From: Octopus bimaculoides
Taxonomy: Eukaryota
Reading direction: 5' to 3'
Assembly: GCF_001194135.2 (NCBI RefSeq)
Contig: NC_069004.1
Coordinates: 2,169,273-2,233,272 of the forward strand
Length of the DNA stretch: 64,000 nucleotides
Shown: one piece after another, positions 35,512 to 49,539 of the stretch
How positions within the stretch are numbered: position 1 is the first letter of the stretch
Layout: each line of letters opens with the position of its first letter
Made by a program: the position numbers and the translations under genes
The notes under the pieces: generated by a model
The model's database searches: none
The model's input: only the letters and a program-made list of their open reading frames with translations
Told to the model about the DNA's origin: nothing

Positions 35512-36399
35512 TTGCACGCTAAAATGACTGCAATATGAATAACCTTACTAGTTCCAAAGCACTCTGGTGAGATGTGCACCACCAACAAATGCAGGAGAGT
35601 AGCAACCACTGCACTCTGACTAAGTCCATCTAGTCTGTCTACCTCCACTGCGGTCACTGAATGTACGGTTGCACGAATAAACCGAACAGAGCGGAAAGAG
35701 ATAGATAGATAGATAGATAGAGAGGGAGAGGGAAAGAGAGAGAAAGAGAAAGCAAAAGCTGTATGGGAGAGAGAGAGAGACAGACAGAGAGTGTGCAACA
35801 TGTCGAGTCAGTTAAGATTTATTATCGCTTACACGTCGCAGTGTGCGGTAAGATCCACACTTAGACGGAGGAGATGATGTTAACCGGAAAGATGGATCCG
35901 TCTTTTGGTCGCGCCCCCTTTTCAGAGCCATAAGATACACATACACATATATATATATATATGTACTCGATCAGTGTTGACTCGAGGCTAAATAACAACA
36001 ACAACCACGAGGTGCAAACGACTGTGCCTCAACGCTTGTTGCTCAACCTGCTAGAAATAGCAGCCAAATCTCTGTCGCACTACAACTTCAAATAAGAACG
36101 ACATAGAAGCTATTGTAGTCTGAGAACAATACAATGCCTGCCAAAAAAAAAAAAAGAAAAAAAGCGTGATGGTCACGGCCGGAATGCCTTTGATCATACA
36201 TTTGTCTACTCAGAGCTGACTTGCGGCTAAACAACCAGCTACAATAACCACTGAAACGATCGCGGCCTTAACTGAACAACCTCATCTCTTCTTTTCATTC
36301 ATTCATTGTCTTTCTTTCTTTCTTTCTTCTTTCTCTCCTTCTGTCTCTGTCTCTCTTTCCATTCCACACATACCACGACTACTAACTGCGTCTAATCGT

Positions 36400-36770
36400 C
36401 GCCCCATCCACCACCACCAGTTACATACTACATCATAACCACCACTAAATACTACACCATTATCTCCTGCATCCGTCACCGCCACCGCCACCACCACCAC
36501 CGTCGCTGCCACCACTTAAATCACTACCAAAACCACCAACACCGCCATCATCTCTAACAACCAGCCCCCCCCCCCAAACCGCCACCACAACCGGCGCTGT
36601 ACACTTGCTCTCGAAGCAGCTGTTGGTGTTGCTTGTTGTTGTTGTGGTTATTGCTGCTGCTGCTGCTGTTGTTGATAACCTGACGCCGTTTGACTCATCC
36701 AGTCCAATAATAATAATAATAATAACAACAACAACAACAATAATAATATAATAATAATAATAATAAATGC
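36400..36770. repeat. Trinucleotide microsatellite cluster (CAC/GCT/AAT/AAC)
   Basis: Runs such as accgccaccaccacc, gctgctgctgct and aataataataacaacaac. Confidence 0.85.
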
Positions 36771-36962
36771 AAGTTACAGAAGAGAACTACAACGAAATAG
36801 TTTTACTAAATTTTCCACTGTTAGCAACAAGTCAGGCTGCAGCCAAGTAGTGAATATATACACACACACATACAAACACACATACGCACTTACACCCACC
36901 TACACGCACTATATACACGTATATACATACTGACGCATACATACGCACACACGTACACACCC

Positions 36963-37007
<45 letters not shown>

Positions 37008-38008
37008 GCGCACATATTTATGTACTGACATACACACACATATTTATGTACTGACACACACATATATAATCATTCACACACATAGTTACATACGTACGCA
37101 CACGTATATACACCACACACAATCATTTCGAATGACTTGAAAACAATCAAGAGAAGGCGAGGACTTACTCCTATTTTTTTTACCGTCTGCGCCCAGTTTT
37201 TCTTCCAAGTTTTTACCCGAGGTTTAAACAGTAAGTTTTTGGTTACATAATTTCATAATTACCCCCACGTCTTTATCTACCCCTTTCCTTCTCTTATTGC
37301 TTCTTTCCTTCCTTCCTTCTCTTCTTCCTTCTTTCACTTTTTTTTCTTCATCCTCACAAATTTTTCTCACACTATTTTCTTTTTCTTTAGTTCCCTTCAA
37401 ACACTTGTTCTCTCGCCCTGTCTTTCCTCTATATTTCACCGTTTTTTCTTCTCCATTATAACATTATCAAAATAGTTTATATATTTTCCCTTGTGTACCT
37501 ACCCCTTAAATGGCCCTTGAGAATCCCTATTTTTTTTCTTGCTTTTATACAGCTATATATTGTAATACAAACGTTCCACCGACTAATCTATCTATCTATC
37601 TATCTATCTATCGGTCTGTCTGCAAATATTTGTTTCTTTCTTCTTTTCTTTCTTTTCGTCCATTCCTTCTCCATCTCTCACATTTTCCCTATTCGATCCG
37701 TCTCCAGCGATCTCACGTATTTTCTTACATGGTTCATTCTTTCTTCACAATCGTTCATAACTTTTTATTCTTTCATCTTCCCTTCCTACCCTCCTTCGTT
37801 TCTTCCTCTCTCCTCTATTTTTCGTCGCCGATCATTTCTTTTACCGGTTCTTTTCTTTCATTTGTTCTGGCTTTCTTCTTTTCCAATTCTTTCTTTCTAT
37901 CTATCCAATACTGCCTCGATGTCTGTCTGCATGTCTGTCTCTATTTCTCTCCCTGTCTGTCTGTGTCTATCTTTTCGTTCTCTTCTGTCCACCACCAGCT
38001 CCACTCTG

Positions 38009-38041
<33 letters not shown>

Positions 38042-38154
38042 ATATATATATGTATATACTTCCATTACGCTATTACGTATACTCACGAATATGGTATGTC
38101 TTTTCTTTTGTATCCTTGCTCAACATGTGTGTATGTGTTTCTTTCTTTTGTGTA

Positions 38155-38195
<41 letters not shown>

Positions 38196-39536
38196 ACAGA
38201 CTTCAACAGCAAAGTATGTATGCCTTCTGTCTCTATATACATTTAAATGTATGAATAACTACGTGTATTGTATATGCATATCCTTATATCTTTATATCCA
38301 TAAATGCGTGCGTATGTCTTCTGCATGTATGCATGCGTGTGTGGACGTCCGTCCACGCATGCATCAGTACATGTATACGTATGCATACACGTGTATGAAT
38401 ACATCCACCGTATGCATGCACGTACCTGCCCGAATACATGCACACACCACATGTGCACCTCGGTGCATGTATACACATACATGCATACACACACACATAC
38501 ATGTATATATACACACAAATACGTACTTATGTGAAGACGTAAGCATGTGGCATGCAAATATATCGGTGTGCAGCAGCATATCTCCCAGACTTCAAAAAGA
38601 CTATTACATTAACAAGCTGTGTTTGTGTTACACACACACACACACTTTTGAATGCAGCAATTGTCCATTTCTTCACCTGTTGCTCGCTGTTCTGCAGACA
38701 GTGTTGAGATTTTCAGCGAAATGCCATGCACATTTGCACATTGCATATTTGAAAATGCACATGTACTTGCATGCTTGTGCAATCAGATACTTGGTAGACG
38801 CGGATATCACTTCAGACCTACATAGACTTACGTATGTATAATTATCACCATTAATCGCTCAGCGGCATTTCGTACGCCTTTACGTTCTTCTGAGTTCAAA
38901 TTCCGTCGAGGTGGACTTTGCCTTCCTTCCTTCCTTTTGCAGTCGATAGAATAAGTACCAGTTGAACGCCGGGGTTGATGTAGTTGACTCAATCCCTTCC
39001 TCGAAACTGCTGGTCTTGTGGCAAAATTATTATTATTATTATTATTAGCTTTCGTTGCCTTAAGCGTATAAATGTGTGTGTATTTCCGGGTAGTTCTACA
39101 TTTCAGTGTTAGTTTAGTTATTGTATGCACATCAACCTACACAAACTTGCACAAATGCAAACGTGCACACTCACATGCAAGCAAAGATATATGCACAAGT
39201 ACGAGCCACACACACAGACTTCCCTTGCATTCTCTCTCGCCAGCAAATGTACTGACATGGGTAGCAATAAATAATGAGTCGAAGTACTCGGGTACTTGTT
39301 CAGGGATTTCCCAAACATACAGGCACACATACATGCATGCATACACCCATCCATAAACACATACAGACACACAGCATGTATACATACATATTATATATAC
39401 GTGTATATATAAAAAAATTCCCGGATGCAATCCATCTGTTGTTACTGCTTACGTACGTATGTATGCATGTATGTATACATATATAGTGTCTAGGGAGAGT
39501 CATGTTAATATAAAAAAAAACGAAGTATTATATATA

Positions 39537-39578
<42 letters not shown>

Positions 39579-39609
39579 ATGTGTGTATATATATATATAC
39601 TTATATATA

Positions 39610-39985
39610 TTCTTTTACTTGTTTCAGTCATTTGACTTCGGCCATACTGGAGCACTGCCTTAGAGAGGTTTAGTCGAAGAAATCAGTTCTAGGACTTATT
39701 CTCTGTAAGCGTAGTATTTATTCTATTGGTCTTTTTTGCCGAACCGCTAATTTACGCATACGTAAACACACCACCATCGGTTGTCAAGCGATGCCGGGCT
39801 GACAAACATATACATGTGTGTGTATATATATATATATATCAGTTTCCACCCACAAAATCCACTCAAGACTTTGGTCGGCCCGAGGCTAAAACAGAAAACA
39901 CTCGTCCAAGGTTCCACGCAGTAGAACTGAACCCGGAACCATGTGGTTGGGAAGTAAGCTTCTTACCACACAGCCACGCCTGCGC
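39610..39985 (-). mobile_element. SINE family B, near full length
   Basis: tcttttacttgtttcagtcatttgacttcggccatactggagcactgcc...gaactgaacccggaaccatgtgg...cacagccacgcc. Confidence 0.85.
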
Positions 39986-41089
39986 CTATGTTTATTTATT
40001 TGTATATACATTAACGTACATTAAAAAGTTGAGCGTAACTTCGAAGTTTCGGTTTACCCGACTGATGACGGCCAGTAAACTGAAATTTTGACGTCACTGT
40101 TAGCCTTTTCCATGTAGAGATCCTGCGTTCCTGCGAGTGAAACCCAATGTAGCAAGACACTCTAGCGTAGATAGAGTGTGTGCAGCCCGGGGCGGCCGTT
40201 NNNNNNNNNNNNNNNNNNNNNNNNNNNNNNNNNNNNNNNNNNNNNNNNNNNNNNNNNNNNNNNNNNNNNNNNNNNNNNNNNNNNNNNNNNNNNNNNNNNN
40301 NNNNNNNNNNNNNNGTAGATAGATAGATAGATATACACGACGGGCTTCTTTCGGTTTCTGTCTACCACTCACAAGTCTTTGGTCGGCCCGGCTATAGTAG
40401 AAGACACGAAAGAAAAAAAAAAAAGCAATATTACCTCAGCCATGCTGCAAAACATATACCAAACGAGGACAAACATGTATAGTTAGGCTACACGCAACAA
40501 AAGCAAAAACAAATCAAAATCTTAGATTATACTTAAATAAACGAAACCTCTGAAGATATTGACATAATTTCAAGCTAGGAAACATTGCTTAAAAAGACGT
40601 AACACGAAACAGTTGTTTGATAAATGTCGTTCCTACTGGTTACCGTGGAATATCACACAGCCTTGAATCTATCTACTGCCATAATATGTACAAAGTCTGT
40701 ACTAATCATTCTATAACCAATCAGATTCTCTTTCTCTCTCTCTGTTTGACTTAGCATCGTAACCTATGAAATTTAACAATGATAATAACTCTTTCTACTG
40801 TAGGCACAAGGCCTGAAATTCGGTGGAAGAGGGGACTAGCCGATTACATCAACCCTAATTTTTTCACTGGTACTTTCATCCGAAAGTACTAAACTGGTGC
40901 TTTAATGATAATAGTTTAATTTTGGCACAAGAGTACGGTTTTAGTTGCTTACATCGAATTTAGTGCATGACTGCTACGTAATTTTATCATTCGACCCTCC
41001 GAGGGATGAAGGGCATAGTTGGTCTCGGAGGGATTTGAACTCAGAACGCAAATAGTTGGAAGAAATGCCTCTCAGCAATTTGCCAGACA

Positions 41090-41365
41090 ACAACGGCAAT
41101 TAGAGCGTTTGAACCAAGCTTTGAAGAAAAAAAGACCCGCTTTAATGAATCGAAAAGGGGTGACGTTTCATCAGGACAATGCGCGACCCCACACTGCAAA
41201 GATCACATCACAGAAGATGGAAGAGCTTGGTTGGCAAAAAATTGCTCATCCACCTTATTCTCCCGACCTTGCTCCTTCAGACTACCATTTGTTTCGTAGT
41301 TTACAGAATCATTTGGGGGACATAACTTTAGCAAGCCAGGAGGAGGTCGAAACTGACATATATAG
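41090..41365 (+). mobile_element. Mariner (DD34D) transposase fragment
   Basis: QLERLNQALKKKRPALMNRKGVTFHQDNARPHTAKITSQKMEELGWQKIAHPPYSPDLAPSDYHLFRSLQNHL is open over the fragment. It is fused to a SINE on the left and a microsatellite on the right. Confidence 0.9.
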
Positions 41366-42571
41366 GTATGTATGTATGGGGAAAACGTCTCATATATTAA
41401 ACAGAAGACTGTGCTTTAGTTTTATCAGTTTTTCAAGGTTTGTTTCCGTGTGAACGAGTTCTGTGCAGCATGTTTTGAGCACTTAAGGCTGCAAACAATC
41501 CACAAGGACTTTCACAGATTCATCTTCAGGATAAAGTAACGTTCGCGTGCGTGGTTCGTCTTTATAACAAGCATGATCGATGTAACTGGTGTAGACATGA
41601 CCACCGGAATTTGAAGTTTTGACTGTTAGATCTATACGCCTTCAGTCACGTGTTTATTTTTGCTAACCACTATTTATATGTCTTTTATCTGTTCGTTTTG
41701 GCCCTGTATTATGTTATTAGAGTTGCTTCCGCCATTAATCGCAAATTTTTGTGTAGAATTCTGTCGAGTGTTTTCCACTTCTGTTATCTAGACAAGATCT
41801 GTTTTTGCATTTGCCTCTCGTTGTAAGTGTACGGTGAATAACTATTTGTATGTTTATTGCTGTAAGTAGTTTATTTAAACCAAATTTTAATTGTCTACTA
41901 TTGTCTTTCTAAATCGTCATGAAATTGTTTTTGGAGCTGAGTGAAATGTTAAGTTTTGCAATGTAATATTGTGTGTGTGTGTGTGTGCGTGTGTGTGTGT
42001 CAACTGTTCTGGCACGAAAAAGAAAAAAGAAAAGAAGGAATTATGCGAGCAAAAAGAAGAGAAAGTACTTGATACGTAATATAGTTATATTGCATTCATG
42101 AAAGCTGCAAAAAATTCACTTATTCTGATTAACACACACACACAAGTAAGTTATTTGCTGATTCAGCTTCTCAAACACACGTGTTGTAAGGTAACCCGTA
42201 CAGAAATAATTGAATAATTCTCTCTCCTTATGTGTGTGTGTATGTATGTATGTATGTATGTATGTATNNNNNNNNNNATATGTGTGTGTGTGTGTGTGTG
42301 TGTATACATATATATATATGTATATACATGCATAAATATGTATGTAATGTATGTATATATGTATGTGTATGCATGTATAGTAACAACGAATATATTCAAA
42401 CCTCTTATAGGGATGTTTATCCAAGGTACACTGGTTTCATCTTGAATTTAACCATTTTTTAATACTTTTAAACATAATTTTCGAAACGTAGTACATTCCT
42501 ACCTCCCTTTTTTACGCAAACATTATTTTTCTCTCATTCTCTCCCCATGGTTCTCTTGTTTTCTTTATTTT

Positions 42572-42600
42572 CTGATGAAGGACTAATGTCCGAAAAGCTA
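42572..42600 (+). ncRNA. Hammerhead-ribozyme-like core (Penelope-type minimal motif), probably degenerate
   Basis: CTGATGA-A-GGAC-TAAT-GTCC-GAAA-AGCTA. Stem II is perfect but stem I is poor. Confidence 0.35.
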
Positions 42601-42766
42601 GGATATTTTTATCTCTACTTCTTAAGCGGTAAACTAACATCTTTTTGTAAAACTTTGTTTTCCCTGTGATCTTTTTAATATTTATTGACCTTACGGTGTT
42701 TGTGTGTGTGCGTGTGTATGTGTGTTATATATGTGTATAAATACATATCTATATTCTTTTCTACTC

Positions 42767-42968
42767 TAGGCACAAGGCCCGAAATTTTTGGGGAGGGGGC
42801 CAGTCGATTAGATCGAACCCAGTACGCAACTGGTACTTAATTTATCGACTCCGAAAGGATGAAAGGTAAAGACGACCTCGGCGGAATTTGAACTCAGAAC
42901 GTAAGGACAGACGAATTACCGCTAAGCATTTCGCCCGACATGTTAAGGTTTCTGCCAGCTCGCTGCCT
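42767..42968 (-). mobile_element. SINE family A copy
   Basis: ttttctactctaggcacaaggcccgaaatttttggg...gacctcggcggaatttgaactcagaacg...ctgccagctcgctgcc. Confidence 0.85.
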
Positions 42969-45900
42969 TAATTACTGAATGTATGTATGTATGTATCTGA
43001 CTGTCTGTCTGTCTCTTTAAGTATAAGCGCGCGCGCGGTTTTATATTTGTACTTGATCCCAGGACTTATGTTTTCTTTCTTTGCTTTTGTTTTGTATTTT
43101 TATTTTTTAAATCTGTACTTATTTTATCGGTGTCCTTTTTTTATTACCGAAACCCTTCAGTCACTGGGACGTAAATAAACCAACACCGGTTTGGAAATGG
43201 CGGACGGGGTCATAAACAGACACAAAAGCATACACAAACACGCAGACAGACACACACACATTCACACATTTTGGATGTATGTGTGTGTTTGTGTACGCAT
43301 ATGTATGTGCACGCGTATATATATATATATATATATGTATGACAGGCTTCCACACAGTTTCCATCTGCCAAATTCTCTAGCAAGGTATTAACTGGCTCGG
43401 AGCTTTAGTGGAAGACACTTGCCCAAGATGAGGCGCCACGCAATGAGACCGAACTCGAAACCTCGTGCTTGTATAGCAAGCTTCCTTAACCACACAGTAA
43501 TGCTTGCGTCTAGACGAAAAAGTACTGAGTATATTTTTTATATTATTATTATTTTTTTTTTACCCTATAACTTCACAATTTGCAACGACTGAGTTTCATG
43601 TTTACAATCCTCGGACANNNNNNNNNNNNNNNNNNNNNNNNNNNNNNNNNNNNNNNNNNNNNNNNNNNNNNNNNNNNNNNNNNNNNNNNNNNNNNNGAAT
43701 AAAAAAAAAAGGAAAAGAAAAAAATTTCAAAAGATTTCAAAAAGTCATTAGGAATCCCATTGGACCAAAAATACGCGACAATAAAATGATGATGGAACGA
43801 CAAGAATAGCTTGCAGAAGAAAAAAAAAAGCAAACCCAAATCAAATAAAAACCAAAGTAATTAATAATAAACCAAAAATCAAAACGAAACGAAATAGTGA
43901 ATTAACAATAAGCAAAATAAAACCAAGTGAAATGAACTAGTGAAGAAAAGATAAAGGATAAAGATATCAATAAATAATTAAATATAGGAATGAATAAACA
44001 GAGTCTACATAGATCGTAAGCAGAATGAGTGAAGCTGTATATTAAGTGATGCAGCAATGTTGAGAACGTTACATTAAACGCCTACGCTTAAAAGTTACAT
44101 TCATGACTGGAGAAAAAAAATATTGGGAAATATATTAATGTGAACTATATTGTCACATTGTGTTTGGTTTGGTTTGGTTAATGAATAAAAAATTACTAAA
44201 GGTACTTTCATATATGATTAAATGCTAGACGTTTAGTACTTGCTAAAAAATGGTAAAATATGATTGATTACTAGAATTCAAAGAAAAAAAAAGCAGTTAT
44301 TATTATTATTATTATTGTTATTAGTACCACCACCACCATTATTATTGCTGGTTTGATTTTAACCATCAATAAGCATATGCACGTACACACACACACACAC
44401 ACTCTCACATATTTGCTTTCGATGCCAACAAAGTTTCCGACCGTGACTAAGTATGCAAATCTCTTGGCTTCCATTCGTCTCCTCCTCGACATGTTAGATT
44501 GATGTCTTCTTGTTAGATGGCACCGTTGCAGAGTGTGTTGATTGAGCTGTCTCTAAACTAACCTTCAGACAACTCTGGCGTACACCAAGGTTCCGTTTTG
44601 GCAATCGCACTCTTCTCGCCCTTATGCCTCTACTTGCTCAGAGTTTCAGGTACAAGCCTCTAACTCTCCCCACCACCACCCGCTTGATTACCGGTGTTGG
44701 TTTGCTTGCATCTCCGTAACTTAGCGATTCGGTAAAAGGCACCGGTAGAATATGTACCACACCCCTTAAAAAAACAAAAAGAAAAAATGGGGTGTGATTT
44801 GTTCGTCTAAGTCCATTAAGGCGGTGCCCTAGCATGGCCGCAGTTCAATGACTGAAACAACCCTGCTTACTCAGTTTCATACACACACACACATATATAT
44901 ATATACGAGGGGATACTGAAAATGTATGTATGTATGTATGGTATGTATGTGTGCATGCATGTATATATACACCTATACATATATTGTGTGCGTATGCTCG
45001 CGTCTCCTCCGACCAGATTTCACTTAGAAAGCTTTGGTAAACCAGGGATTTGTACGAAAACTCCCGAGGAACCGCGCAATAGGATCGAACTCCTTTCTTC
45101 AGATTAGGTGAATGTATTTCCAGGTTTACTGTTACTGCATGCCACTGATTGTTGCATACAGTCACTGTTTCAGACACTTTTATCTTTTCTTACGATCATT
45201 GCATACTTTTAGCGTCTTTTGCGCAGACATTACAAGCGTCGGTTGCACTTTACAGATATCAGTTGCATTTTACGTATGCCGGTTGCACATTCCTGGCATA
45301 TATTGAATAATTCTGGCAAGTATTGACATATAACTGTAATCTGTATAAGCATTAGTCGCCCACAACTGGAGTCCATTACATACATATATCGTATAAGTTA
45401 CACACCTTTGCTGGCTTTGTGATTCTCTTTTCTGGCAACAGCTGTACACTTTGGGTAATTATTATCTGTTGCTTATTACAATCATCACCTGATCAACTAT
45501 TGCCTGCACCTTCGGTGTCTGCTGCTGTTGCTGATTGTTTCTGGCACCAGTTTCACAAATGTTTTAAGATCAATGGCGATCTCTTTCTTTTCACAAGGTC
45601 GTTATTTTAAAGAAGATGATTGTATCTTTTGTATGAAGTATCTTCCTGATAGGCGAGGCTGATGTGAATGATGTTCAGTTTAAACATCTTTAGGTCAGGT
45701 AATGTAGGGACTACATGAATAGGAAGGGGAGTTTCAGTTCTGGGAAGGAATGACTGGCCTACGTGTCGTAGATCTTTGTGGTTTTCTACAACTTTGCAAA
45801 ATTTTTCTGGAATAAATGAATAATAAATTCGGATTCAGCGTCAAAAATTACATCTATATGAGACATTAAAAATTTTTTTAAAGCTTTCGACATACAGAGG

Positions 45901-46379
45901 ACGAAAACCCACAAAGATCCTGTGTCGTTGTGATCTGACTTCAGTGATCTGCTGTCGTCTGCTTCCCTCTTTTGTCACTTTCTTTTACTTTTTTCTAGGT
46001 AACTGACTTCCGGAGCGACCAATATCTTGTGAGTGGATTTAAAAGACGGAAACTGTGGGGAAATCCGTCATAAGTGTGTGTATGTTTCTTCGTGTCTGTA
46101 TTTATCGTCCCACTCCCCGCCGCTTGAAACAGGTGGTAGATTGTTTTCGTCCTTGTAACTCAATGGGTCGTAAGCATTGGGGGCGATTTGATCGACTAAA
46201 TCCTTCAAAGTGGTGCTCCAGCATGGCTGCAGTCCAGTGATTGAAACATGTAGGAAAGAAAAGAAAAAGGAGAGTCCCCCTCAGCTACTCATTTACTGAT
46301 TTTGCTATGTGTCCTGTAACACCAATATGATCGATTTAAATACTGAGTCATCGATAAGATTAACCTCTACATTTGTATG

Positions 46380-46800
46380 TTCCTCGAGTGTCAATAGGAT
46401 TTTGGGGATTGTTCCAACATCCAACCAATATTTTTATACAGGTTATCGGTATTCTTGCCATTTTCCTACGCTTCTAGAATCAGCCATGGAGGTAGAGTGC
46501 TCAGGCGCCCCCTCCTTCGGAATCTGTCACAATAAACCGTCATTTTTGGCTGGATTCCCAAGCGCCTCCAACTGATACTATGGATATTTTCCAACCATCT
46601 CATCTTTGGTCTGCTCCTAGGTCTCCTGCCGGTTCGTTCAGCTTGAAGAATCTGTCTGACAATTTGTTTTTGTGACATTTTAATCATGTGTCCTTAGTAG
46701 CAGAACTGTAAGCGCTCAATGAAGAAGTAGCGACTCGTCCTGGAGAGATGCCCTGAACTTCGAGCTACGTACCCTATCAAGTAACAGTTGTTTCTTTCGG
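46380..46800 (-). mobile_element. RTE-clade LINE ORF2 C-terminal fragment
   Basis: FFIERLQFCY*GHMIKMSQKQIVRQILQAERTGRRPRSRPKMRWLENI matches the RTE GHVxRM..GRRPRGRPxxRW motif. Confidence 0.8.
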
Positions 46801-46879
46801 AAGACCCTATTTTACCGCTGGTATTCACGATGGTATGCGTACGGTCATTCACTACATTCATGGCCACAGGTGAGGATAG

Positions 46880-47575
46880 GCACGAAAATCGAACTGAAGA
46901 CAGCGAGGGTCTCAAATGGTTAATCGAAAGTATACATTACGCGACGAGAGAAAACAAACATGGATGCCGTCTTAAATGATGTCAACCATTACTATGAAAA
47001 TAATCCTTGAATGACCAATCTTGTGTGAAAATACATGTTTCTACGCGTCCTTTAAGAAGCAAGGAAGCAAATAGAATATATAGAAATTTAAATATCTTAT
47101 GGTCTGGAAGAGAGGTGGATCACTGCCAGAATTCTAAATATCTTAGAATATTACTAGACTGTAGTCTCTCATTCAGGAAACACTCAATTAATCAAAAGGC
47201 CAAAGCAAGCTTATGAAATAATATTCTACTAAAAATAACGCATTCCCAGTGGGGTACGAAATCTGAAACACCCAAAATAACATTTGTTGTAAACTTTTTA
47301 GTTGTAGAATATGCGGGTCTACTATGAGTTAGATTTTTTTGCATATAAGATCGCTGGACATCGCGGGATATTCCACCATTATAACTGGATGTCTTGGATT
47401 GTGTATGTTCACTGTGGGTTAGTTGCTCACATACAAGAACCCCGGACATCGTTCTCAGCGAGACATGCCGAAATATATCAGGTTGTTTCAGGCGGACTAA
47501 CATTAACAATCTTTGTTTGTTGGTTGGCATTATTCCATCTGATGTCAAGATGAATGTTGCCAGCAAAGCTGAAAT
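46880..47575 (+). mobile_element. Vingi/Ingi-like LINE reverse transcriptase C-terminal fragment
   Basis: LRSKEANR..LNILWSGREVDHCQNSKYLRILLDCSLSFRKH..NNILLKITHSQWGT..VEYA..IVLSETCRNISGC..LLVGIIPSDVK. Confidence 0.75.
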
Positions 47576-48911
47576 TTAATAAAATAAATAAATAAGAAAA
47601 ATAAATACGAAACAAAAAAAAACCCCCTCACATGCTTAATGAAAGACATCTGTTATTTAAATATCAACGAATATGAAAAATAAAATCGGGAAATGTATCG
47701 TAATATGCGCCATTTCTGTAGATGTTTCTAAAGAATCTTTTCGCATACCAAACGACAATGAGGGAGTCTCCATACAGTCGCTGTGCCTGATAGAAATAAC
47801 AGCCAAATTTATCTCAGATCACACTCAACTGCCGTGTTGGTGCGTTTACGTCCCCGTAATCTAGCAGTTCGGCAAAAGAGATCGATAAAATAAGTATTAG
47901 ACTTTAAAAAATGTCCTGGGTCGATTTGTCCGATTAAAACCGTTCAATGCGGTGCTCCAACATACGGGCTTCCACACAGTTTCCGTCTATCAAATTCATT
48001 CGGAAGGCATTGACCGGCTCGGGTCTAACGAGGAAGACACTTGCCTAAGGTACCGCACAGTAGTGGGCCTGAAACCAAAACCACACGGTGACAATGCAGG
48101 TTTCTTAACCACACAGCCACGCCTGTTAGCCGATACCATCGATCCCAGTACTTGATTCGTACTTTATTTTTATCGATCCATCGATCCCGAAGGATGAAAG
48201 GCAAAAGCTGACCTCGGCCGTATGTGAACTCAGAACGCAAATAGTTGAGAGAGAGAGAGAGAGAGGGAGGGAGAGAGATAGATAGAGAGAGAGAGAGGGA
48301 GATGAAAATACCGCAAGATATTTTATTCGATGCTCTTACAATTCAGTCAATTCACCGCCCGTCGTTTTAGTTCATTATAACTGTTGTTGAGTGAGTTCTT
48401 ATTGTTACAACTGATGTTGTTGTTGTTGCTATTGCACCGTTCGATTTCTTTTGTGGTTGCTAACGCAGCAACTATCTGCAACTCATTCCTTATACAACAA
48501 CCTAACTGATACCCTCGCCGTTGTTGCTACGTCACGTCACTGCTCGTTTTCATGTCTTTATCATTCAAGCTGCCACCGGCATTTCTTCTTTCTTTCTAGC
48601 TATTTCGGTTGCAAATGCAGCGTATGCGGTTGTTAACGCTATAATCTGACTGTTGCTGCAGTTGCTAATGCAGTCACTATTTTTCTTTCTCCCGGTTGTT
48701 GTCCCAACCATGACTATCCCGTCCTTCACTGAGTGAATAACTTCGTGCATTTGTAAACGCAAATTTAAAACCTTAGATAATAACTGCTTTGAAACATCGG
48801 TTTTAAATTTTGGAACAAGGCCAGCGACTTCGGCGGAAGGGATAAGTCGATTACATCGATCCCCAGAGCTCAACTGGTACTTATTTTATCGACCTCAGAA
48901 CGTAAAGGCGG

Positions 48912-49053
48912 ACGAAATGCCGTTAAGCATTTCGCCCGGCATTCTAACGATTCTGCCAGCTCACAGCCTTTTGCTTTGAAACATTGGGCACAAGAAGGCG
49001 GCGAGCTGGCAGAATCGTTAGAACGCCGGGCGAAATGCTTAACGGCATTTCGT
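48912..49053. repeat. Head-to-head SINE family A copies forming a 51-bp inverted repeat
   Basis: Arms 48912-48962 and 49003-49053 differ at one position and are separated by a 40-nt spacer. Confidence 0.9.
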
Positions 49054-49539
49054 TTGTTATCAAGTGGTGATGGAAGGACAAACATGGTCGCAGACACAAC
49101 ACACACAAACATCTACGTGTGTGTGTGTGTGTGTGTGTGATGCAGTCAACAATATATCTGTAAATAACTGGCCACGTAAAACAGCCTTCAGGACATTCTG
49201 GGTGTCGTTAAAGAGTCTTGTTTCACCGCCAAGAAAGGGGTGACTGTAAAACATGTGCATTCTGGGTGCGGCCGTGTTTATGACACCATAAACACTTCGA
49301 AATTATATTCCCGATCATATAAACCAGTTCGAATATTACTTTAGCAAGTTTAAAGTGATTTTGTTTTGTACCGTAAACCATTTACCATTTCTGTGGTGCT
49401 CCCTCCCACCTACTTCCCTCCATGCCCTAAGCACCTGCTCGTTTTCCTTAATGGTTAATCCAGCGCTGGATGTATGGGTGGAAAGAGGTATGAGAGAAGT
49501 GTGTTCAGTCTTGAGTGTAAAATGTGAGTGGTATAGACA

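Noticed and set aside
37493-38841. Longest ORFs in the track (253 and 443 aa)
   Set aside because: They are built from (TA)n, (CA)n, (GA)n and pyrimidine tracts, which lack stops by composition; there are no domain motifs.
45095-45177. SETVTVCNNQWHAVTVNLE, resembling a laminin-G strand
   Set aside because: There is an in-frame stop just upstream, no splice acceptor and no companion exons.
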